Assembly (NCBI GenBank): GCA_951406725.2
Contig: OX597825.1
Span: 9,114,001 to 9,178,000 of the forward strand
Length of the DNA stretch: 64,000 nucleotides
Source of the DNA: Octopus vulgaris
Taxonomy: Eukaryota
Direction: 5' to 3'
Shown: positions 53,907-64,000 of the stretch, one piece after another
How positions within the stretch are numbered: position 1 is the first letter of the stretch
Layout of the letters: the number at the start of each line of letters is the position of its first letter
Program-made: the position numbers and the translations under genes
The notes under the pieces: model-generated
Databases searched by the model: none
What the model was told of the DNA's origin: nothing
The model's input: only the letters and a program-made list of their open reading frames with translations

Positions 53907-54599
53907 TCCAAGCAGCCAGTGGACCCAACTCTCAGACAAATATGGGATACGTCCTCATAAATGAAACATCCCCACTAGTAAATAGGAAATATACGTAGTA
54001 GCTAATCATACCCACAGTTTATATTTATATACAGGTCGAATAGGTAGTGGGCTGTTATGTGGATATATGAATGTGGTTGTGTGTGCGTGTATGTATATGC
54101 ATATGCGCACGTATACAAGCAAATGGATATGAAAGTAAACATATAGACGTACAGACAAGCTCACATGCACACACATCCACACCCAGATACACACATACAC
54201 ACACAAACAGAAACATGAATATGCAGAATATATACATACAAACGTACACACATACATCAATGCATTTATACATACGCACGCACACACATACATACATACA
54301 TGCATACACACACTTACATACATGCATGCATACATACATATATGTGTATACGCACATACACCGATCCACACACATGCGCACAAACAATGAAAAAGAATGC
54401 AACTCGCATAACGTACAAAGTCAACCACTACTGAAAAGGTTGCAAGAGGCAACGAAAACTTTAGAAAAATAAATAAGTAAATGAGTGGAAATGTTACCGG
54501 TGAGTGTGTTAAATTAAGAGAATGACTCTCCCCAGATACAACAGAATGTGTTTCAACACACGAACTCACATAAAGAATCTTGCAAACCAAATCCCAAAA

Positions 54600-54649
<50 letters not shown>

Positions 54650-54698
54650 ATGTGTGTGTGTGCATATATATATATACGTGTATATATGTATATACATG

Positions 54699-54818
54699 TC
54701 GGGCTCTGGTCGACCCGAGGCTGTAGTAGAAGACACCTGCCCAAGGTGCTACGCAATGGAACTGAACCCAGAACCGTGTGGATGGGAAGCAATTTCTTAC
54801 CACACAACCACTCCTGCA
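54699..54818 (-). mobile_element. SINE-B 5' half
   Basis: GTAGTAGAAGACACCTGCCCAAGGTGCTACGCAATGGAACTGAACCC...CCACACAACCACTCCTGC. Confidence 0.8.
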
Positions 54819-55894
54819 CATGTATGTCTACGTATGTGTAGAAATACTTGTATACGTTCGTGTACGCGTTCCAAACCGCTAATAAATACATCGGCCCAGT
54901 CATCTGTAACTAACTGCTGACTGGCTGCACAGCAGGGAGGCAGGCATCACCTCTCTGTCTGCCTCTAATATGAACATTTTGGTTATTTAGTCAGTGACAT
55001 CTCCTTAACGGCGTTAGCGGATAGATTATGTGTGCATGTATATATATATATGTGTTAACACATATATGTTCATTCTTCTACATTTCATCTTTTAATTCAT
55101 ATCCTTTGTCATGTTTTATTCTCCATCTCTCATTACTTTACTTTATGTTTTGCATTCATTGAGAAATAAAGCCAGACCTATCAACCCGGAAATGTTTCTC
55201 ATCCTCTGTCAGTATTGCCAACATCCTACGAGCGACCCAACTCAGTTTATGTAGCGAAGTATCTTATTTAAAACGAGACACCTGACGTGATGCAGGCAGC
55301 ATTGATGGCGGCAATACAACTAGTTGTACAATATCCCACCCGTAATAGACAGATACAGAATGGGTAGAATCGATCATTGTGTTGAATAAAGATTCTTGCT
55401 AACTTCATTTTCCATTTCCCTCATTCGTTATAAACCCAACGAACACTGCCGAATTTCCGACATAGGGCCACTGACAATTATATCATAACTGTGTGACACC
55501 AGGTAGCCTAAATATTATAAGTGCTTTAATCGGCCCCCGACTATACTTATATCCAAACTTCAAATAATTACTTATTTACATACATATGTGTGTGTCTGCC
55601 TGTGTGTGTGTGAGAGTGTGCGTTGGTGTGTGTGTGTTTGTGCCTGTGTCTGTGTTGATGTGTGCGTGTGTGCATGCGTGCGTATGTATTTGATCGGAAT
55701 ATATAATCTTGAAATAGTAGTAATTATTTTAAATATGAAAATGATATTTAGATACAAAAACTGAATAGAACAGTTCAAAGAATTTAAGAAAGTTTTGCTT
55801 TACCTTCATTTAAGATATTTTTCACATATAAACTTTAATTATTGTCTTGTAAAATATACAAAACAAGTTGATGTGAAAAGTATTATTTACTCTC

Positions 55895-56282
<388 letters not shown>

Positions 56283-57479
56283 TTTGTATATTAAGTGTTG
56301 TTTGCTATTTTTCTTCATTTTCTTCTCTCTTGAGATATTTTACAAGAGAGTGTGATAAATATCTAGTTTGTAATACATATAGAAATAAGAAATGAGAAGG
56401 AAAAAAAATTCTACCGAAGTTAAAATCTTATTGATTTTATTTTGCTTAAGAAATTTTTCGCTTATATAATTTTTTTTAAAATATCTTAGCATTTTTATTT
56501 TTATACGTATATAACATATATCATATTAAATTTCGAAGAAAAAAACAGTATCTCTTTTCATATATCGTAACAAGTTTGTCATTGTCTTACTCTTATTTTT
56601 ACAACTCACGTCAAATTTAAATTACTTAAACATAAAATATAGCAAACGATTAGGATTTTTACATCGGAGTTTAATGGCGGTCTTATGGAAGATATGTTGC
56701 AAATAGTCTAACTCTATACAAAGAAATAATGAAGCAATTGACCCAATAGTTTACTTTCATATACCATATTTATCGCTCGGCTGATGTCTCATATATTGTA
56801 TGAATGGGAAAACGTAAATTTCAATATATGGAGTCAGACGTCATTTATGTGTCAGCTCCCGCAAGCGGTTTAATGATGTTCATGATGATTTGTAGACAGT
56901 CTGAAAACCTCTAGGTACACACTTCACTTTACAAAATTGCTCTTTTAATCATCTCCTTCTTCTCCTACTCATCTCTCTCTCCTCTTTTATCTCTCTCTCT
57001 CTCACTCTCTCTCTCATTCTCTCCTTATTTTCTAATTGCGATGAGCAATGGACCTGTCGTACAAAACTAATTCTATTCGTGTACTTATTTGTGTTCTGCT
57101 GTTTTGATCTATGGCACCGTCAACAGCTAATGAATCGTAATAATCCAGTCTATTCGCTCATGAAGTCCTCCTAAATCTGTACGTCCCTCCATCACAAGAA
57201 CCTCGATTATGATCCGTGTGGAATTTGACTCATTATTTTTTCACGTGACAAGTAATCTCATGAAGACACCTTTGTTTTTATATGTGTATGTATGTGTGTG
57301 TGTATGTGAAAGTATACGATATCACTGATCTGTTACAGCCGTTATTACCAATTGGTTTCGAACTGGATATTGAGCAATCGAACTACTGTCTGATATATTC
57401 GTACTTCGAAGATACCAGGTTTTGAAAATTGGCGACTGCCTTCTGCCTCTGCTAATGTTATCTATCAGGTTTTTAAACG

Positions 57480-57692
57480 CTATGGAGGATGACAGAACAA
57501 TCTGAGCATGTAGGGAAGTTTTTCAATGGACTTATGGTATAGTTTATAAGAGTGAGAGTTTCGATCTAGGGATGCAGCTAAAAAAATCAACTTTTGACAG
57601 ATTAGTAGGGACAGTAATTTTGAAGTATAATTAACTAAAGGTATCGATGACGTTTTTCCTGAATTTATCAAGAGTGTGACTATCACGGCCAT
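57480..57692 (-). mobile_element. PLE reverse-transcriptase fragment (inverted, diverged)
   Basis: HGRDSHTLDKFRKNVIDT...FKITVPTNLSKVDF...SHSYKLYHKSIEKLPYMLRLFCHPP, resembling the PLE NLxxVDFLDV...YxKP...SNHPP region. Confidence 0.7.
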
Positions 57693-57730
57693 GGGAAATT
57701 CGCAATCCATTCGATTTATCAGATTAATTG

Positions 57731-58470
57731 TTTGATGTATAGACGAGATCGTATAGAAGTGCTGATATCTGCATTCTTGTAGGTCTCTTTATGTTAAATA
57801 TAATGAGATCCAATAACCCATCTGACGATGTAGGACTCTACCGAGACGATGCATCAATATTTCTCATGGCCGTGATTATCACACTCTTCGTAAATTTGAG
57901 AGAAATCTCTTCACTACCATTAGTCAATTATGCTTCAAAATCGCTATCACAATAAATCTGTCATCAGTTGATTTGTTAGATGTTTAGCCAGATTTAAACT
58001 TCCACACTTAGAAACCGTAAAGTATAATGAAAAAGAAAAGGCTTCGGAGGGGCGATGCATATCCTGCGCATGGGAACAAAAAAATCCATTATGCGTAGCT
58101 GAAATATCCATTTTAGATCGAAGAACTCCATCGCAGTGATGAATCTCAGATCAGAAATTTTCGGCAAATGCAAACAAATGGACAAGTTTCTTCTAGCGAA
58201 TTGGAGAACACCACCCTCTCCGGATTGAGAAACTGTATGGCAGACTTTAGGTGCCTTCCGTTGACACTAAAACATCTAGCTTTACGACTCTACGGTAAAA
58301 AGGCACGTAACTGTAAGTCTTTATTTTTGTCTTTTTGCCCTTCCATATTTTGAACTCATCTTCATCGCGGTTTTTTTGTCTCTCGTGATTTCTCTTCTTC
58401 TATTGTCCTGATGGGTAACTTGTATAGGTCATGTGTACAGAGCTTGAATATTACTTAGACACACTAGGCG
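57731..58470 (+). mobile_element. Penelope-like element relic (probably Naiad-type): RT core, ORF end and degenerate hammerhead
   Basis: FDV*TRSYRSADICILVGLFML...VGLYRDDA (compare FDVTMGSYDGAExCELVGL...GLYRDDG), TINLSSVDLLDV, NLRSEIFGKCKQMDKFLLAN (compare LNKRSExxSKCRH); TGTC-CTGATGG...GAAT...TTA|GACA at 58404-58461. Clade name is from recall. Confidence 0.8.
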
Positions 58471-59190
58471 TGCTTTAAAATTTGCCTAGATGATATCTTC
58501 GATGTATGAAATCACTAGTAGCTAATCACTATATTTTGTGTACACTTAATAATATCTATCTCTCAGCAGATAGAATACATTCTTGTTGGTCTTACCTTAA
58601 CGGAAAAATAAACTGTATAGATATGTGTGTGTGTCTTTGTATGTATGTATACTTATGTATGTATATAAGTATGTGTATATATTTATGCATATGTATGTAA
58701 GGAGGTGTGTATGATAGTTGTGTAAAACTGTGTATATATCGGGTAATTTGTTTTGTTATCTATAAATGGAGTGAAGAGGTGGTGGACAACAGCAGGTTTG
58801 ATAATATAAGCATTAGTGCCTTTAGCTTTGTGTTCTCCTTCTCTATTATATTAGTGCTTTAGATTAATTAGATATTGATTTAGATCAATAAAATATTAGT
58901 GGCAGACAAATTCCTCAGTTATTGAACACATCTACTACAAAATTAATTATTTTCTTTTTGTAGTCAATAGAATAAAAGATTTCAATCGTTAACCCTTGGG
59001 ATATACTCGGAAGCATAATTCCGTATCTCATTATAAACAGTTCATCTATCTACGACGAAAGACGTTAATGCAACTAATTACAATACACACTGTAGTTTCT
59101 TGTATTCTCATTAATTCTTAGTTCCTCGCACTATTCATTCCTTCAGCTTCACTAATTTTAAATGACTGACATTTTATCTAGTCCCACAAT

Positions 59191-59193
<3 letters not shown>

Positions 59194-59257
<64 letters not shown>

Positions 59258-59323
59258 ATACATGTACATATATATATGTGTTTATGGGTGTATGTATGTA
59301 TGTATATATATATATATATATAT
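59194..59323. repeat. TA/GA microsatellite
   Basis: Direct inspection. Confidence 0.93.
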
Positions 59324-59551
59324 GAGTAATAACTCTATATTCGGGTATACACCTTATAGTGAGCCGTTTGAATCCCATCGACAGTATTCGGCTATCTGAT
59401 GGCAGCAATTGTATGGCGGTATACCCATTGGATTTACTTCAAGAAGTCCTTTGCGTCCATACATTTCATATAAAAATATGTATGAAACAGAAAATGGAAG
59501 TCACGAGATTTCGCGATCTTTCATTCAAAATGACTACGGTAGCCTATACAA

Positions 59552-59574
59552 ACACACACACATATATATATATA

Positions 59575-59655
<81 letters not shown>

Positions 59656-59665
59656 TACATATATG
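59552..59665. repeat. (TA)n microsatellite
   Basis: Direct inspection. Confidence 0.95.
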
Positions 59666-60567
59666 GCAATCTGTGGGTGTGTCTGTTTGTGGCATTGTTA
59701 TCTAACTCCCCATATATCGATTTATCGATTTTGGTGAAAGGTGGCACGTGAGTATCATTCATGTCTGGAAAACTAGTGACATACTTAGATTGTTGAAAAA
59801 ATCGATAATAGGGCCTCTGGAAGTGATTCTTATATCTACGACATATAACTAATGTATTATTTTTAAACATCCAAGGGAAATAACCCATTCACTCCTGAAA
59901 GGGATCGTTATATATAGCCAGGGAAAATAACTCATTCATGTTCTTAAATTATTTCGTATAAATCAAATTGAGTATGCTTTCTTAGTATTTAAAATATCTG
60001 AGCTATTTTCGCAATTTATCCAGTACAACGCTCAAACAAGTAAATAGCATTTTTCTGAAGAATAGATCCACTTATTTCGGTTAGCGACTTATTCACGAAT
60101 ATACCAACACTAGCGCCGCTGAGGGTAATATTCTCTGCAAACGCACAAAAACTTTTTGCAGTGTTATTTACTTTGAATTGTTATTATCTCATATCTGATT
60201 AGCCTGTTATTACGTAACATTCTTCACGATTACAGTATACATAACTAGTTAGTTTTCTTTCTAAGTTCTAAACACTCTGGGAACGTATTAAAGCCCATTT
60301 TGTGGTACTTTATTTCAATTCATAATATCGGGTAATTGATTTCATGTTATTAAATACGTGACTTCACAATTTGGGCATTCAAAACTTATTGGAAATTACT
60401 AAAAACAAATCCTGTGTAAGAGAGTCCGGTATTCTCAAAAATCTACAAAAACCGTTTTAAGGGCTATATACTTTGCATTGCTTTTACTGGATTAGCGAAA
60501 TATATGTTCCTGTTTTGGTAATTATACCACTCCTAAACAAAATGACATTAGTTTTTTACTCACCCTC

Positions 60568-60900
<333 letters not shown>

Positions 60901-61699
60901 AATATGGGGTTGGAAAGCTATTTTTTTCGCACTTCTGATTCTTTAAACGAGCAAAAATAATTCTTATTATTCAAATTGCTTACGATTGATTACGATTATT
61001 TCTGGGAAAATTGGTGTTTTTTGTGTGCGATTGATTAGGATGAAAAGAGTTTGTTAAGTAAAATATTTTGTGCGCGAAGAATGAATGTAAATGAGTTTCA
61101 GAACATTTCAATAGGGAATATAGTGAGATACCTTCTTTTTTTCATACAATTTATGATCAATTTGATTCTAAGTATTGCAATGGAGGCAGATACGGCAAAA
61201 CATCTATTAATATATTGTTATACTTGACTTCCCTATATTGTAGATGAATTGTTCAAGATTTCATGGAATGTTTAGAACTAACGTCTAGTTCAGAAATTTT
61301 TCTTTTCTGTATACATCTATATTTCCGGCTGAGGAAACATATCACTTTGCCTTATATTTGGCTGGTTTGAGAGTCTTTATGTGAAATCATGTTTTGAAAC
61401 AGGTTTTGTTGTATTTTGGTGTATTAAACGCATGCACGGTTTCTATTTCACTTTTGACGTCATTTTGAGTCAATTATATAAACATTTCACTAATTAATTA
61501 ACCGGTTGTTTGATTAATCGTTAGGTCAGTCAGTCAATTGCCTCGGTTCGTTAGGGACCATTCGTCGCATTCACAATCTTAACGATAAGGTGACCTTTCC
61601 ATTCCAAATCTGTGTAATACATTGACCAAGCCATTAATCAAACAATTGATTAATTGATTAGTAAAATTGTTAACTAGTTGATCAATAAACGTTTCAACT

Positions 61700-62116
61700 C
61701 TATGCGCAAGGACTAAAATTTTGTGAGGGGCCAATCGATTACTCTGATCCCAGTGCTTCACTGATACTAATTATGTCGACTCCTAAGGGATAAAATGAAA
61801 AGTCGACATCGGCAGAATTTGAACTCACAACGTAAAGATAGAGGAATTTCCGTTAAGTACTTTGCCCGACGTGCTAACAGTTCGACCCGCTCCCCGCCTA
61901 AACTAGTAGGGTTGATAACTTCAAATTTCAGCACAGAGCCAGATATTTTATGGGAAGGATTAAGTCAATTACATTGATCCCTGTATTCAAATGGTACTTT
62001 TATTATCGACCTCGAAAGGATGAGAAGTAGAGTCGATCACAACAGAATTTGAACTCAGAGAGTAGAGACGAACACGGAATGCTGGCGTTCTAACGACACG
62101 GCCAGCTCACCAGCTT
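61700..62116 (-). mobile_element. Two adjacent degenerate SINE-A copies (alternative tail)
   Basis: AGTCGACATCGGCAGAATTTGAACTCACAACG...CCCCGCC and GACCTCGAAAGGATGAG...AATTTGAACTCAG...GCCAGCTCACC. Confidence 0.7.
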
Positions 62117-62824
62117 AGTTAGTTATTAATAATAATATAGAACATGTACACGTGTTTATTATTGGTATAATGACGTCCTTAAGAAATAACAAAAACATTT
62201 ATTTGTTTGAGAATATATTTTCAATACACAATTTAATAGAGATTTTCTTTGCTTATTTGTAAGTTTTTAGTTTTCAACTAAAATTTTAATGGACCTTAAA
62301 GTATGATTTTCATTGAAAAAAGAGAAATAAGCCTATTTTTGTAGATGTAGATATATGATCCTTCAGTGGGAGTTCTCATGTCTAAAATAGATAGACGCGT
62401 TACACTGGATACGTAAACTATAATAAACTATTTTCTGATACAAAAACATTAGTGCATTAATATAGCAATAACTGAAGTAAATAAAATTAAAATAAAGAAC
62501 AAAAATAGGAATATAATTACAGAAATAGTAGCAAAAGTATTTTTCTTTTTAATTTAGTAATTGAATTATAAGAAGAAACATTGATTTCAACAGTAATATT
62601 TAGAAATGGCTTGGAAAAACCATGGGATTTGCAGCTGTTCCGATATATTCTGAGAGTGTATCTTTCTCCCTCTTTCTCTCTTTGTTATCACTTTATCCAA
62701 CTCTGCTTTACATCTCCCTATTTTTCACATAATATCTCTCCTTCTCCTCTCTTCATCTCCTCATTCTCTTCGAAATATATAAGTGTGTGTATGTATGTAA
62801 TATCGTCTAAGAAGCTGAAAAATG

Positions 62825-63000
<176 letters not shown>

Positions 63001-63540
63001 TTCTCTATAACTAGATACATACAGACATAAATACACAAATACATTCATAGAAACATATTGTATATAAATAAAAATTAGCTACTTTTCTCAAGACTAGAAC
63101 TTTAAAGAAATGAAATTGAAACTTTATTTGGAATCTTTAAGATAAAATATAAGTACTTTAACAATCCCATGACTTTGAAAAGTAGAGTAAGTTGGAAAGC
63201 TATAGAGCTAAACAGTATATCAGTATATAGGTTCTATATATGTATATATATGTATGTATATATATGTACGTATATATAGAGAGACAGACAGACAGATTTG
63301 GTCGGGAAGTTGGATTGCAGGAACTAAAAATGTGAATGTGTTTTAATGTCTGTCGGTTTATTTCGGATGTAGGTTTCGATATTCCTGTATTTTTGATAAT
63401 GAAAGTATCCATGAATGGTGGTTGTTCTGTCGAAATGCCACAGTAAAATATGTATTGCTTATGCATAGTCGTGGTTTGGGAACGATGATTGGGTCACGAA
63501 CGTCGGTCCACATACAGAGTAATTATCCACGTAATATTAC

Positions 63541-63668
63541 CGGCGAGCTGATTGAAACGTTAGCAAGTCAGGCGAAATGCTTAGCGCAATTTCGTCTGCC
63601 GTTACGTTCTGAGTTCAAATTCCACCGAGGTCGGCTTTGCCTTTCATCCTTTCGGAGTCGATTAAATA
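63541..63668 (+). mobile_element. SINE-A 5' part, interrupted by another SINE
   Basis: CGGCGAGCTG...GAGTTCAAATTCC...CCTTTCGGAGTCGATTAAATA followed by an abrupt switch. Confidence 0.85.
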
Positions 63669-64000
63669 GGAGACATCTTTCGGTCATGAATGACCATGGG
63701 ATTGCACCTAGAAACTTACCCTCCGAGGCACAAGTCCGGGCAAGATTGTTTGTGGCAGGCCAGCAGTCGCCCATGCATACCAGCCCTCCTCTCCACACCA
63801 CTGATGTTATCCAAGGGAAAGGCAAAAAGGGCTGATACAGCTTGGCACTAACGATGTCGCAACATATTTCTACAACTGAGTTAACTGGAGCAACGGGAAA
63901 AAATGTGTCTTACTCAAGAACACAACACGCAGACCGGTCCGGGAATCGAACTCATAACCTCACGATCGTAAGCTCGAAGGTCTAACCACTGAGCCATGCG
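63669..64000 (-). mobile_element. tRNA-derived CORE-like SINE (head and core like family D, different tail); runs off the window edge
   Basis: Minus strand TGGCTCAGTGGTTAG...GAGTTCGATTCCCGGACCGG...GTTGTGTTCTTGAGTAAGACAC...CGTTGCTCCAG. Confidence 0.85.

Overview
AT-rich, microsatellite-saturated eukaryotic non-coding DNA. The (TA/CA)n density and SINE repertoire look like an octopus (coleoid cephalopod) genome; this is inferred from recall and not verified. No intact protein-coding gene is supported, and most ORF-track entries are microsatellite translations. Recognisable content: about 16 copies of one tRNA-derived SINE (family A) plus four other SINE types; RTE and R4/Dong-like LINE fragments, one inside a 1.7 kb tandem duplication; a Tc1 transposase relic with a spliceosomal intron; two Penelope-like element (PLE) relics; and a tRNA-Glu pseudogene. 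The most notable signal is a set of unrelated fold-back (inverted-repeat) inserts in or beside (TA)n tracts that carry minimal type-I hammerhead ribozyme motifs with palindromic stem III. A second notable signal is that SINE-A joins to itself three times at the same internal site. All alignments, translations and folds were done by eye.
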